DNA from: an uncultured Thermococci archaeon | GTDB lineage: Archaea; Methanobacteriota_B; Thermococci; Methanofastidiosales; B48-G16 | NCBI GenBank assembly: GCA_964595645.1 | Contig: CAZQQT010000003.1 | Span: 72,177-136,176 of the forward strand | Length of the DNA stretch: 64,000 nucleotides | Direction of reading: 5' to 3' | Shown here: positions 1-10,243 of the stretch, in pieces | How the letters are laid out: each line of letters starts with the position of its first letter | Position numbering within the stretch: position 1 is the stretch's first letter | Made by a program: the position numbers and the translations under genes | The notes under the pieces: generated by a model | The model's database searches: none | What the model was told of the DNA's origin: nothing | What the model saw: only the letters and a program-made list of their open reading frames with translations

Positions 1-1
1 C

Positions 2-193
2 AATATCTTCTCGTATGTTGAGTCGAGGGGCGATTTCGTGATTATGATCGGACGTTCCGAGTGTACTGAGGGATCGTTGCGCGGATCTGCTATCTGGACT
101 GCAGTAGTAGAGAATGGGCGCGTGGCAGAATGGTGTGTTTATGAGGACAGCGAAGAGATCCGTAAGAAGTTGGAGATCGATACAGAAAAATAA
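2..193 (+). CDS. 3' end of an upstream gene (C-terminal fragment ...EEIRKKLEIDTEK*); product unknown
   Basis: Open frame runs from the window edge to a TAA at 191-193; no recognisable motif. Confidence 0.3.
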   Translation, partial: NIFSYVESRGDFVIMIGRSECTEGSLRGSAIWTAVVENGRVAEWCVYEDSEEIRKKLEIDTEK

Positions 194-201
194 AAAAAGG
201 A

Positions 202-1590
202 GTGAAAAGTAACTATAGTATGAAAGAATATGACATTCTGGTATTAGGTCATGGTTCTGCAGGATCAATTGTACAAAATGCAGTAATGCACGATATGAAA
301 ACAGCATTGGTAGACAAAGGGCCACTGGGCGGTACCTGCTTGAATTTCGGATGCATTCCTTCTAAAATGATAATATACCCGGCAGATCGCATCGTTGAGA
401 TCCAGGAAGCCGAAAAACTCGGTATCGATGCAGAGGTGAATGCCATAGCTTTCGAGAACATCATGGAACGGATGCGGAGAGTCATCCGTGACAGTCATGA
501 TCATATGAAAGGAATTGGGCAAGTTGAAGGTCTCGATTACCACAATGGAGAAGGACGGTTCGTCGATGAGTACACCGTAGAGGTTGGTGGTGAGACCCTT
601 CGAGGGGAGAAAGTGTTCATTGGTACCGGTGCACGTCCCTTAATTCCTCCAATAAACGGCATTGACGAGATTGAGTATCTGACCAATGAGACTGTATTCG
701 ATCTCACCGAACGGCCAGAGAGCATCGCAATTGTCGGTGGCGGTTATGTTGCCGTTGAGTTTGCCCATTTCTTCTCGGCTGTTGGTACAGCAGTGACTAT
801 TCTCCAGCGGGGAAAGCGATTGATAAAAAATGCCGAGCCCGAAATCTCAGAGCTGTTACAGAAAAAGCTGGAGGAACGAATGAATGTCTATACCAATACC
901 GAGGTTGTTGAAGTTAAAAAAGAAGGAGACAGCATTGTTGTAGTAGGTAAGGATACGAATACCGGTGGAGAACGAACTGTCACCGTAGAAAAAGTGTTGG
1001 TTGCAGCAGGCAGGAGGTCCAACGCCGATCTCTTAAACGTAGAAAATACCGGTGTAGAGACAGATCAACGAGGATACATCAAGGTCAATGAGTATTTAGA
1101 GACGAGCAAAGCGAATATCTGGGCGTTGGGAGATGCAACGGGGCAGCATATGTTCAAACACGTTGCCAATGAAGAGGCCATGGTTGCGTGGAACAACGCT
1201 ATGAACGACGAAAAAATAACGGTGAACTATAATACTGTCCCCTACGCAATTTTTACTCGCCCTCAGATTGCCGCCGTGGGAATGACAGAAGAAGACGCCA
1301 GAGGGGATCATGATATACTTGTCGGTCGTGCGTCGTACCTCGATGTGGCAAAGGGCGAGGCGATGGTAGAGAAGGACGGATTTGCAAAGGCTATCGTTGA
1401 GAGGGAATCACGGAAGATTCTCGGGTTTCATATCATCGGTCCCTATGCCCCTCTTCTCATACAGGAGGTAACTGATATCATGGCACTGAATGGAACGGTC
1501 GGCCATCTTGGCGTGGGGATGCATATTCACCCAGCACTCTCTGAACTTATCCTTGAGACACTCGGAAACCTTAAACCGCCTTCCGAATAA
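202..1590 (+). CDS. Class I pyridine-nucleotide-disulfide oxidoreductase, dihydrolipoamide-dehydrogenase-like
   Basis: N-terminal FAD fold (VLGHGSAGS); redox-active disulfide motif GGTCLNFGCIPSK; second Rossmann fold (VGGGYVAVEFA); C-terminal His-Pro-Ala/Glu dimer-interface motif (HIHPALSE). Confidence 0.7.
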   Translation: MKSNYSMKEYDILVLGHGSAGSIVQNAVMHDMKTALVDKGPLGGTCLNFGCIPSKMIIYPADRIVEIQEAEKLGIDAEVNAIAFENIMERMRRVIRDSHDHMKGIGQVEGLDYHNGEGRFVDEYTVEVGGETLRGEKVFIGTGARPLIPPINGIDEIEYLTNETVFDLTERPESIAIVGGGYVAVEFAHFFSAVGTAVTILQRGKRLIKNAEPEISELLQKKLEERMNVYTNTEVVEVKKEGDSIVVVGKDTNTGGERTVTVEKVLVAAGRRSNADLLNVENTGVETDQRGYIKVNEYLETSKANIWALGDATGQHMFKHVANEEAMVAWNNAMNDEKITVNYNTVPYAIFTRPQIAAVGMTEEDARGDHDILVGRASYLDVAKGEAMVEKDGFAKAIVERESRKILGFHIIGPYAPLLIQEVTDIMALNGTVGHLGVGMHIHPALSELILETLGNLKPPSE

Positions 1591-1599
1591 AGGAAGAAA

Positions 1600-3441
1600 T
1601 TAAAGGAGCGCCTCAAGCTGATCGACGAACTCCTTGTACTGTTGCATACCGAGCTGCCAGAACTCTGGCTCTGTGAGATCGAATCCCGCGAGAGCAACTA
1701 GCTCTTTTGGCGATTTACTGCCGCCGGCAGCAAGGATTTTCTTTAGTGTCGGAACAAATTCTTCTCCTTCTTTCGTATAGATCTGGTACAGACTCCAGAC
1801 TAAGAGTTGTGCGGCTACATAGGGGAAGTTGTAGTAACGGAAGTTGGGCAGATAGTAATGCGGTTTCATGGCGTACTCCCATTTCATCTCATCAAACCAT
1901 TCTATCGCGTCACCATAGACCTTGTCTCGCCCCTTCATCCAGTACTGTGCTTGTGTTTCTCCATCAAGGTACTCTTCCCGTTCTATCGCATCGTACATAT
2001 GCGTTTCGAACCAGTACCTCGCCGATACTTGGAATATTGCCATTCCTGCACCATCGAGGATATGAGCTAGTATTGCCTGTTTTTTTTCTTTTTGCTCAGC
2101 CTTTTTAAGAAGGAGCTCTGTCAGCAGTAATTCTCCAAAAATACTTGCTGTTTCTGCGATTATCATGCCGCTGTGTGCACTGAGGAAGGTCTGGGCTCTT
2201 TGTGCGTAGTAATTATGGGTTGCGTGACCCAGTTCATGTGCGAGGGTGTAGAGATCTCCAAGGGACTCCCCGTAACTCTGGAGGATGTACGATGTTGTTC
2301 CTCCATACCATGAGCTGCAGAACGCACCGTTCCGTTTTCCCATACGAATACTCGCGTCGATATGATTTTTTGCAAACATTTCCTTTACTGCAGAGGCATA
2401 TTCATCACCGAATTCCTCATATGCTTTTTTTATTAGTTCTTTCGCTTGTTCGTATCCTATCTTTTCTCTGGGTGCATTGGGCAATGGCGCCACGATATCC
2501 CAGCACGACAATTTTTTCACTCCAAGTATTTGTGCCTTTATTTTTAGGTACCTGCGATACAGTGCTATATTTTGTTCCACTACATTCATCAGGTTTTTAA
2601 GGGTCTCATACTCGATGTCATTTACTATCAATGCCTTCTCCACCGGCCTCTCGTACTTTCTTCTTTCTACGATATTCATCCAATCAGCAGCGATGTTCCT
2701 CAGTGCACTTGCATACACAATTTTATCTTCACCTAATCCTGTATATATTGCTTTATATGCTGATTCTCGTGTTTTTCTATCAGGGTGATCTAGCAGATTA
2801 TTTGCCTCCCCATAGGAAATCTCTTTCTTCTCTCCTTCTACTTCAACCTCAAACGTTCTTGTGTTGAGCCATTCACTCTGTAACTGTGACCACGCTTTTA
2901 TCCCATACTGATCCTTTTCTATAATCAGTTGCTCCTCTGTTTCTGATAACTGGTGTGGAACCTCTCGCTTCAATTTCTCCAGGTAATGTCTATATGCTTC
3001 CAGCACTGGATCTTCTACCAGATCTTTCTCACTGTCTATTCGTTTTCCCAGTTCCAGATCAACGAATGCGAGTTTTTTGTTCAGTTCTGCTCCCATTTCT
3101 TTCGTTCGATTGTACAATCGTTGATTTTCCGGTACAGTCATATTTGCTGAAAAGGAGAGATATCCAAATGTTTCTACCCTTTCAAGTGGTATTTTTATCT
3201 CTTCCAATGTTTCCAATAGTTTTTTTATTTTTTGAGGACCAAAACCCTCTTTATCAATTTCTCCTTTGCACTCTTCAACAAATTTTTCAGCTGTTTTCCT
3301 TATTTTTTCTATTTTTCCGTCTATTTTTGAGTCTTTTGGAGATGAAAACATCTCTGTTAAGTCCCATGCTATTTCTTCTTTCTCCATGCACTCACCATTT
3401 ATCTGTGAGGGGATGAGAATAAAAAAATTGTCATATACCAA
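1600..3441 (-). CDS. pepF: Oligoendopeptidase F (M3B family)
   Basis: 613 aa with the zinc motif HELGHATH (HEXXH) and overall M3B length and organisation. Confidence 0.8.
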   Translation of the reverse strand: MVYDNFFILIPSQINGECMEKEEIAWDLTEMFSSPKDSKIDGKIEKIRKTAEKFVEECKGEIDKEGFGPQKIKKLLETLEEIKIPLERVETFGYLSFSANMTVPENQRLYNRTKEMGAELNKKLAFVDLELGKRIDSEKDLVEDPVLEAYRHYLEKLKREVPHQLSETEEQLIIEKDQYGIKAWSQLQSEWLNTRTFEVEVEGEKKEISYGEANNLLDHPDRKTRESAYKAIYTGLGEDKIVYASALRNIAADWMNIVERRKYERPVEKALIVNDIEYETLKNLMNVVEQNIALYRRYLKIKAQILGVKKLSCWDIVAPLPNAPREKIGYEQAKELIKKAYEEFGDEYASAVKEMFAKNHIDASIRMGKRNGAFCSSWYGGTTSYILQSYGESLGDLYTLAHELGHATHNYYAQRAQTFLSAHSGMIIAETASIFGELLLTELLLKKAEQKEKKQAILAHILDGAGMAIFQVSARYWFETHMYDAIEREEYLDGETQAQYWMKGRDKVYGDAIEWFDEMKWEYAMKPHYYLPNFRYYNFPYVAAQLLVWSLYQIYTKEGEEFVPTLKKILAAGGSKSPKELVALAGFDLTEPEFWQLGMQQYKEFVDQLEALL

Positions 3442-3473
3442 ACCTTTTTTACGCTACTACAAAATTAGTCAAT

Positions 3474-4196
3474 ATGCCACAAAATTTCCACTATCTAAAC
3501 GAGATGAGGATGGATGAGTTACGAGATCCATCTCAGTATATCTTCTTTTTGCCTGTAGGAATAAGTGAGGGCCATGGGCGGCATCTCCCCATTGGAACGG
3601 ACACAATACAAGCAGAGTACGTTACAGCGAAGGTTGCTGAGAGGCTCAGCTACATATCTGTCATTGCCCCCACATTACATTACGGCCACTGCAGAGAGAC
3701 GTCTCCTCTCCCCGGCACACTCTCAATTTCCTTTGACACCCTCCAACGAGTCACCTACGACATACTCGACCATGCATGCGCACAAGGATTTGAGAGACTA
3801 GTACTCATCTCAGGACACGCTGGAAGAACGCATATGGCTGCGTTGAAACTTGCATGTGAGCGAAGTGTAGACGAGCATAATGTATCAATACTTTTATTGT
3901 CTGATTATGATTTTGCCTACGATTTCAAGGGAGATCTTGTTCCTGAAACAGACGGTCATGGAGGCGAGATAGAGACAGCCAGAGTACTAGATATCCGGGG
4001 TGATCTTGTGAGAGAAGATCGACCTTCGGCAGCAGTTGAGTACCCTCGGTTTCAAGTAATGAAGGATCCAGCCGCGTATTTTTCTGAAGGCGTTATTGGT
4101 GATCCTGGTCCGGCCACGAAGGAGGAAGGAAAGAGAATCAACGAGTATGTGATCGATAGTATTGTTGAATTACTGGAAGCAACGTGGCAACCATAA
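3474..4196 (+). CDS. Creatininase-family amidohydrolase (archaeal ArfB-like)
   Basis: Conserved metal-binding motifs of the creatininase fold: GHGRHLPIGTDT and LISGHAGR. Confidence 0.55.
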   Translation: MPQNFHYLNEMRMDELRDPSQYIFFLPVGISEGHGRHLPIGTDTIQAEYVTAKVAERLSYISVIAPTLHYGHCRETSPLPGTLSISFDTLQRVTYDILDHACAQGFERLVLISGHAGRTHMAALKLACERSVDEHNVSILLLSDYDFAYDFKGDLVPETDGHGGEIETARVLDIRGDLVREDRPSAAVEYPRFQVMKDPAAYFSEGVIGDPGPATKEEGKRINEYVIDSIVELLEATWQP

Positions 4197-4229
4197 CATT
4201 TTAAAAGTACTCCTCGTGGACATGGGTCA

Positions 4230-5453
4230 ATGGGGCGTGTAAGAAAAGAGATCACCGATTATCTCAATCGTCTGAAGTCCTTTTCAAAAAATTCAAAACT
4301 ATTCTTAGGAAGTTACGCGTTAGTACGAATAGGGTGGGGCATTTTTCGGGTGATCTTTAATCTTTATATCCTGGAATTGGGATACTCAGGAGGATTTCTC
4401 GGCGCATTAATCTCTACAAACCTCGTTGCCTCAGCACTTTTTCTTTTTCCTGGAGGAGCAATCTCTGATCGAATTGGACGACAAAAAACCTTGTTGATTG
4501 CCACCATACTGATGTCAGGGTCGATTCTCACGTTGGCTACAATGCAGGAGAGATATCTCCTTTTATTGGCAAACGGGGTGAGAGGAATTTCACGATCACT
4601 TTTTAGGACGACAGTAGCACCGCTTATGATGGAACAGAGTGATGATTATGAACGAATGCATCTTTTCTCTGTTACCGCCGCGTTACGAAGCTTTTCAGCG
4701 ATGATTGGGAATCTTCTCGGCGGATTTCTTCCCCCTCTTTTCGCAGCCATCATCGTGGGGGGCCTTTCAGTGCAGTACCAGTTCACTTGGGGCATGGCAG
4801 GCGCATTGATATTAGTGGCATCTATCCCACTTATTTTTATCAAAGAAGGAAAGAAAATTAGAAAAAAAGTACAAATTTCTCCTCAAAAGCTATTTTCAGG
4901 CAAACGAAGCTTTGTACTACAGTTTACTCTCTGCAGTATTATCATCGGACTGGGTGCAGGTATTATTGTCCCATACTTCAATGTGTATTTCTCCGAGGTA
5001 CTCCACGCAACATCGGGACAAATTGGGATGATGTTCTCGGCCGGTGCACTAACTATGACGATCGCTTCATTAATTCTCCCCCTCTCGGTACGACGACTGG
5101 GACGGGTACGTTCTACGGTGTTAACACGATATCTCTCTATTCCTTTCCTTCTATTGATGATGATAGCGGTTACCCTGCCCGTTGCATTTATTGGATATTT
5201 CATGCGGATGACACTGATGAATGTCTCCCATCCTGCCCAGCGAAACTTCTATATGGATCACATCGTAGCACATGAGCGAGGGAAGGCAAATGGTGTCGCT
5301 CAGTTTGGAGCTACTATCTTCCGGGCTGCAGGCTCCAAGATAGGAGGATTCTTAATTGATACTGGGAACTTTTCCCGAGCATTCCAGTTTACAGCTGTCA
5401 TGTACACAGTAGGTACAAGTGTGTTCTATTCATTTTTCAGGAAAAAAGAGTAG
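4230..5453 (+). CDS. Major facilitator superfamily transporter
   Basis: About 12 predicted hydrophobic helices; MFS-type loop motif GAISDRIGRQK between TM2 and TM3. Confidence 0.7.
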   Translation: MGRVRKEITDYLNRLKSFSKNSKLFLGSYALVRIGWGIFRVIFNLYILELGYSGGFLGALISTNLVASALFLFPGGAISDRIGRQKTLLIATILMSGSILTLATMQERYLLLLANGVRGISRSLFRTTVAPLMMEQSDDYERMHLFSVTAALRSFSAMIGNLLGGFLPPLFAAIIVGGLSVQYQFTWGMAGALILVASIPLIFIKEGKKIRKKVQISPQKLFSGKRSFVLQFTLCSIIIGLGAGIIVPYFNVYFSEVLHATSGQIGMMFSAGALTMTIASLILPLSVRRLGRVRSTVLTRYLSIPFLLLMMIAVTLPVAFIGYFMRMTLMNVSHPAQRNFYMDHIVAHERGKANGVAQFGATIFRAAGSKIGGFLIDTGNFSRAFQFTAVMYTVGTSVFYSFFRKKE

Positions 5454-5488
5454 AAAAATATATAAGGTAAAAAGAAGAACAATATTAT

Positions 5489-6181
5489 ATGCAACACATA
5501 AAAAAGGCTGTTTACGTGACATTTCTGTTCATGTTCCTTTTTTTAGCATCTGCAAGAGCTTCATGGGTAGAAATATGGTTGGAAGAGGGTGAGTGTAGTG
5601 ATGCAACATTTTACTCTGGTGACACCGTGTACTTCTATTTTCAAGCTGAAAGAGATTGCAACGCTACGGTAATATTGGAGACACCCTGGGTAGAGAAGAC
5701 ATTAGTAGAGCGTACGGAACTAAGAGCATGCAGAATATATCGCACCTATTACGATATTGGTGTAGGAGTTACACGGTCGGACTGGTGGGAGTTACGAATT
5801 GAAGCTGAAGACGCTACAGGACATATAGTAGTGGCAACATGTACCTTCTACGTCCCTGTGAAAAAGCCAACAACAACGCCACCTTCTACCACGCCGCCAG
5901 AAACAACGACCCCTCCACCCACAACAGCTCCTCCAACAACGAGTGCGCCAACGACCTCACCACCTACCACTGCACCTCCCACAACACTTGCACCCACCAC
6001 CGTATCCCCGAGTTCACCAACAGAACCTCCCCCTACGATACAACCGACAACGTTGGCTCCACGTGCGTATTCCCCTCCTACAACGGCACCGCCACGGTAT
6101 ACGCCCCTCCTTCTTGCAGGAGTATTGTCAGCTGCTGTGGTCTTCATCATGCTCTACCTCCTGCTCATGAAAAGACCGTAA
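5489..6181 (+). CDS. Secreted/surface-anchored protein with Thr/Pro-rich linker and C-terminal transmembrane anchor
   Basis: N-terminal signal peptide (VTFLFMFLFLASARA); globular domain; about 70 aa of T/P repeats; C-terminal hydrophobic helix plus KRP. Confidence 0.5.
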   Translation: MQHIKKAVYVTFLFMFLFLASARASWVEIWLEEGECSDATFYSGDTVYFYFQAERDCNATVILETPWVEKTLVERTELRACRIYRTYYDIGVGVTRSDWWELRIEAEDATGHIVVATCTFYVPVKKPTTTPPSTTPPETTTPPPTTAPPTTSAPTTSPPTTAPPTTLAPTTVSPSSPTEPPPTIQPTTLAPRAYSPPTTAPPRYTPLLLAGVLSAAVVFIMLYLLLMKRP

Positions 6182-6184
6182 CCT

Positions 6185-6910
6185 ATGAGCAGCGAAAAGA
6201 ATAACACAATGTATATAAATTACACAACTGTAGGTATGACAATGGTATGTAGAAAGTTGAGAATCGCAGATATTGTCGGCGGTAAATGGGACGAAGAGAC
6301 ACGATCTCTCAGCACAATCTTAGGGGAGACAACAGAAGTGCGGGCCTTTGGAACAGTGATGGATAAGTTTATTTCAGAGGATGAAAATTACTCTCATCTC
6401 ATTCTCGATGACGGAACAGAGACGATACGAATCAAGACGTGGCGAGACGATGTGGAGAGACTGAACGGCATCGAAAAGGGTGATATTGTAGATGTTATTG
6501 GACGGCTGAGTTACTATAATGAAGAAATTTACATATCGCCGAAGATAGTGAAGAAGATTCCCTACAATTTCTGGCTTTTACGTCATCTAGAAATAGTAGA
6601 ACTCCTCGAAACACTCCCCGAAGAAGAGCGGGAAATAGAGAAAATCGACGAATCTAAAGAGCCAGAAGAAGAGATTGTGACTGAGGATGTAGCGAAAACA
6701 GAGGAAGTAGACGAGGTAGATATCCTCGATACTGACGAAACGGCAAAAACGATACTCGAGCTTCTGGATTCCGAAGAATTAAGTAGAGACGAGATCGTTG
6801 AGAGGACAGCGTTCGATGAGATCGATGTTGAATTGGCACTTCGAGAACTTATAGATGAAGAAAAAATAGAAGAGAAAGAAGGAAAGTTTATGGCAGTATC
6901 ACAGCAGTAA
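6185..6910 (+). CDS. OB-fold nucleic-acid-binding protein, RPA32-like (OB fold, acidic linker, C-terminal winged helix)
   Basis: OB-fold pattern (TEVRAFGTV...ILDDGTETIRIKTW...GDIVDVIGRL) followed by a Glu/Asp-rich segment and a winged-helix-like C-terminus. Confidence 0.4.
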   Translation: MSSEKNNTMYINYTTVGMTMVCRKLRIADIVGGKWDEETRSLSTILGETTEVRAFGTVMDKFISEDENYSHLILDDGTETIRIKTWRDDVERLNGIEKGDIVDVIGRLSYYNEEIYISPKIVKKIPYNFWLLRHLEIVELLETLPEEEREIEKIDESKEPEEEIVTEDVAKTEEVDEVDILDTDETAKTILELLDSEELSRDEIVERTAFDEIDVELALRELIDEEKIEEKEGKFMAVSQQ

Positions 6911-8144
6911 GCTCTATTTGTAGCCTGTCTGTCTCCTCGAGTTCATCCCACCAGTACGTTTTGATGGTGACATCTGCTTTGACGAGTCCTACCTCTTCAG
7001 CGTACCAGTGGTACCCTTCTTCTATCCACGTCGTTTTTCCCCAGTCTTCGTTGTAGTGTGGCGAGAGGAACTCCACGGTGTGCTTCATATAGTACTTAAC
7101 CTTCGCACAGCGATAGGTCTCACCGCCTGCCTCGATCTCCTCGAACTCTTCAGTGTAGATTCGTCGTTCATAGTTCCCTCGTCCTTCCACGTAGCCTGAT
7201 CCCCCTAACCAACTAAAGCTCTCTGCATACATGCAAAACGTACCGTTATCGACCTTTTCATCTCCCTGTACAAGGGGGTAGACATTTGGTACTGCACTTC
7301 TATATTTCCCTGTACAAAAAGGCCATTCTTCCGGTATGGAAGACCATTTGCTGTATATAATCACATATCCACTAAAGAATGCTGTTTTATGACCACCAAT
7401 TGCAGTGCTTATGATTCCTTGGAGGTCCCAGTTGCTGCTATAGATGTAGGTGTAATCACCGCGCCAGTATGTGTCATCAGGATTAGTAGTCCACCAGTCG
7501 GTCACTCCCCATCTGAACCACGGTGTTCTCTTTTCTCTATAGGATTGATTGTAGGAGATGGTCGATCCCCACTCGTTGCCGCCGACGGTGATCAGGTAGT
7601 TTAGCCGTGTCCCCAGCTCGTACGCGGGACGATCGATCCTGTTCCGTTCCTCCGGTGGAGCGGTAGGTTGCGGGGTCGTTGGTGGCGCTGTGGTAGGCGC
7701 TGCCGTCGTAGTCGGCGCAGCGGTCGTCGGTGCCGGCGTTTCTTTCGGCGAGACGACAATCGTTTTCGCGAAGTTTCCCGTGGCGATCTCGATGGTCCCC
7801 TCATTCTGGAGTTCCACCTGGAAGTCCACGGTGGTGGTACTTTGTCCGTCCAGCTCAATGTTCTTGGTCTGTGAGCTGTTCCCCACGGTGATGAGGACCG
7901 TGTAGCTCCCCGAGGTCTCCCCGGTGTTCTTCACGTCGACGAGGACGGTCAGCGTGTCGCCTATCGTGGGAGTGGTGGGAGAGACACGGAGGTCCGTGAT
8001 CTCGAACGCCGCAGGTGCAGTTGTGGTCGGTGCTGCCGTGGTCGGAGGCGGCGTGGTCGTTTCCGGTTGTGTACCTATACAGCCAGCGAACAATACGATG
8101 ATCAGTGTGGTTTCTATCAATTTTTTAATAACAGCGTTTTTCAT
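6888..8144 (-). CDS. Secreted lipoprotein-like protein with CARDB-like domain and two Thr/Pro linkers
   Basis: Probable true start at MKNAVIKK (signal peptide with lipobox-like FAGC); CARDB-like Ig fold (ITDLRVSPTTPTIGDTLTVLVDVKNTGE); TTAAPTT linkers. The track start at 8249 overlaps guaA. Confidence 0.5.
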   Translation of the reverse strand: MKNAVIKKLIETTLIIVLFAGCIGTQPETTTPPPTTAAPTTTAPAAFEITDLRVSPTTPTIGDTLTVLVDVKNTGETSGSYTVLITVGNSSQTKNIELDGQSTTTVDFQVELQNEGTIEIATGNFAKTIVVSPKETPAPTTAAPTTTAAPTTAPPTTPQPTAPPEERNRIDRPAYELGTRLNYLITVGGNEWGSTISYNQSYREKRTPWFRWGVTDWWTTNPDDTYWRGDYTYIYSSNWDLQGIISTAIGGHKTAFFSGYVIIYSKWSSIPEEWPFCTGKYRSAVPNVYPLVQGDEKVDNGTFCMYAESFSWLGGSGYVEGRGNYERRIYTEEFEEIEAGGETYRCAKVKYYMKHTVEFLSPHYNEDWGKTTWIEEGYHWYAEEVGLVKADVTIKTYWWDELEETDRLQIELTAVILP

Positions 8145-8205
8145 ACTCAATAAACAATACGTTTCTTTACTTATAGTTTTCGGTCTCACAGAGTATACAA
8201 ATAAA

Positions 8206-9129
8206 CTATATGTACTCAATAGTGCTTGGAGGCTTCGGTGTGATATCATAAACTACCTTCGTCACTTCAGGAATCGCATCTAGGATTCTATCCCTCACGC
8301 TCTCCAATTTTTTCCAGGAGATCTCGGTAGGAGATGCAGTGAGTGCATCCTTCGATTCTACACATCGTACTGCGATAATATTGCCGAATATACGTTTTCC
8401 ATCCTTGACACCAGTAGCTCTATCCGTCAACAATACAGCCAACGTCTGAAAGGGATTTAGCGGCAAGAGTTCTTCTTCCACGATTTTCGTTGCTTTTCTT
8501 ACCATGGAGACTCGTGCTGGTGTTACCTCTCCGATTACCCTGCACGCGAGACCGGGACCAGGGAATGGAATTCTGTTCCATGTCTCCTCAGGAAGTCCAA
8601 GCGCCTTTCCTACCTCCCTCACCTGGTGCTTGTAGATATCCCGTAACGGCTCCACGATGGTCAGTCCATACTCCTTGGGATCGACACCTATCTGTTCCAA
8701 CACATTGTGCTGTGTTTTGATTCCTCTCTTTGTCTCCTTAATGTCGGTAGCGATTGTCCCTTGTATCAGATACTCTGCATCGAGTTGTTTCAGTGTCCGT
8801 CCCAGTACAGTATAAAACGTGTTTCTAAAGGCTTTTCTTTTCTCTTCAGGATCTGTAACACCCTGCAAGTTCTCAAAAAATTCGTCTTGTGCGTTGATAA
8901 GTATCGTATCAAGGCCGTTATCCTCAAAGAATGACTTCACCTCTTCAGCTTCGTTTTCCCGCATTAATCCATCGTCAATAAATACTACAGTTAGATCTTC
9001 CAGTACAGTGTGCGCGAGAAATGTGCATACAGTACTATCTACTCCACCTGAGGCAGCAATTACGGTCTTTCCTTCTATCTCTTCTAGTTCTTGTTTTTTC
9101 TTTTCAATATACGACTCTGCGTCAAACAT
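8206..9129 (-). CDS. guaAB: GMP synthase subunit B (ATP pyrophosphatase subunit, archaeal two-subunit type)
   Basis: PP-loop motif AASGGVDSTV; 307 aa, typical of the archaeal GuaA-B subunit; conserved C-terminal dimerisation region. Confidence 0.8.
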   Translation of the reverse strand: MFDAESYIEKKKQELEEIEGKTVIAASGGVDSTVCTFLAHTVLEDLTVVFIDDGLMRENEAEEVKSFFEDNGLDTILINAQDEFFENLQGVTDPEEKRKAFRNTFYTVLGRTLKQLDAEYLIQGTIATDIKETKRGIKTQHNVLEQIGVDPKEYGLTIVEPLRDIYKHQVREVGKALGLPEETWNRIPFPGPGLACRVIGEVTPARVSMVRKATKIVEEELLPLNPFQTLAVLLTDRATGVKDGKRIFGNIIAVRCVESKDALTASPTEISWKKLESVRDRILDAIPEVTKVVYDITPKPPSTIEYI

Positions 9130-9203
9130 GCATTCTTTTCGTTGTGAAGGTTTAAAATCCTTTTGCGGGAAACAATTATAAACCGTGACTACTACTTACG
9201 AAC

Positions 9204-10220
9204 ATGAGTGACAAATTGTTTGTTCGCGCTGGAAAAACGATTGTCGAGACGTGTTCACGACTTATGCCCTCAGAACATGTGGTAATCGTCACCGATGAAG
9301 AAACAAAGAAAATTGGAAAGACTGTTGCTGTTCAAGCGGAAAAAATTGCAGATAACGTGAGTGTACATGTGTTGGAGGAATATGGAGACCGTCCTCTCTC
9401 CACCTTACCCAAGCCAATAGAAAGGGATGTGAAGGAGGGAGACGTCACCTACTTCGCTGCTCAATCGAAAGAGGGAGAGTTACCACAGTTTAGACGGCCG
9501 TTAATTGAACTGGCCACCGAGTATGGAAGGGAGATACATATGCCCAACATCGATGAGACCATCGTGAAAACAGGATTACAGGCAGATTACTATACGATTG
9601 CATCGTTGACATACCGTATTGCAGGCATGGCGGTTCGTGCGAAAACGGTACGGGTTACTACACCTGCAGGAACTGATATTACAGCTACATTTTCGCCCAA
9701 CCTAAAATGGGTTCCCGACACGGGTCTTTTATGGTATCGGGGGATGTTTGGTAACCTGCCTGCAGGAGAAGTCTTTACCTGTCCGAAGAGCGTTGAGGGC
9801 ACGATGATAGTAGATGGTATTCTTGGCGATTTTTTCAACGAGAAATATGGAACCCTCGGGGACACACCACTCACTATTCCACTCCACAAAGGGAGAGCAA
9901 AAGTAGAGGATATCACATGTGAAAATGATCAACTGCTGAATGAGTTCCAACAGTACCTCACCGAGGACGAGCACGCTAATAGAGTGGGTGAATTCGCCTG
10001 TGGGACGAACACAGCACTTGATTCTTTGGTAAGTAATCTCCTCCAGGATGAGAAGTTCCCAGGAATCCATCTTGCCTTTGGATACCCATATCCTAAGAAG
10101 ACAGGCGCTAACTGGGAATCAGGAGGGCATGTGGACGGTATTCTCAAGGACTGCTCTGTATGGTTTGACGACGTACAGATTATGGAGGATGGAGCGTTTA
10201 TCATAGAAGAGGGGTTCTAA
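9204..10220 (+). CDS. Putative aminopeptidase (M29/AmpS-like)
   Basis: General resemblance to thermophilic metallo-aminopeptidase (M29) organisation; no motif checked exactly. Confidence 0.4.
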   Translation: MSDKLFVRAGKTIVETCSRLMPSEHVVIVTDEETKKIGKTVAVQAEKIADNVSVHVLEEYGDRPLSTLPKPIERDVKEGDVTYFAAQSKEGELPQFRRPLIELATEYGREIHMPNIDETIVKTGLQADYYTIASLTYRIAGMAVRAKTVRVTTPAGTDITATFSPNLKWVPDTGLLWYRGMFGNLPAGEVFTCPKSVEGTMIVDGILGDFFNEKYGTLGDTPLTIPLHKGRAKVEDITCENDQLLNEFQQYLTEDEHANRVGEFACGTNTALDSLVSNLLQDEKFPGIHLAFGYPYPKKTGANWESGGHVDGILKDCSVWFDDVQIMEDGAFIIEEGF

Positions 10221-10243
10221 GAAAGAATAGAAAGGGAAAAAAA

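Noticed and set aside
1707-3517. Multiple 60-150-aa ORFs antisense to pepF (for example 1707..2108, 2202..2600, 2955..3416).
   Set aside because: They are nested entirely within the strongly supported pepF gene on the opposite strand, with Ser/Leu/Phe-rich low-complexity translations typical of antisense frames.
5839-6204. Several long ORFs on both strands inside the Thr/Pro-repeat region (for example 5848..6150 on the minus strand, and 5839..6204 and 5943..6170 on the plus strand).
   Set aside because: Low-complexity repeat DNA (ACNCCN-type) is open in multiple frames. These products are Gly/Val- or His/Pro-rich nonsense and overlap the well-supported surface protein gene 5489..6181.
8145-8249. 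N-terminal extension of the secreted protein ORF (track start 8249) and, similarly, 12350..12397 for the lipoprotein.
   Set aside because: The extensions precede obvious signal peptides (MKNAVIKK.../MKKIALLV...). In the first case the extension overlaps the guaA 3' end. Internal Met starts are more plausible.
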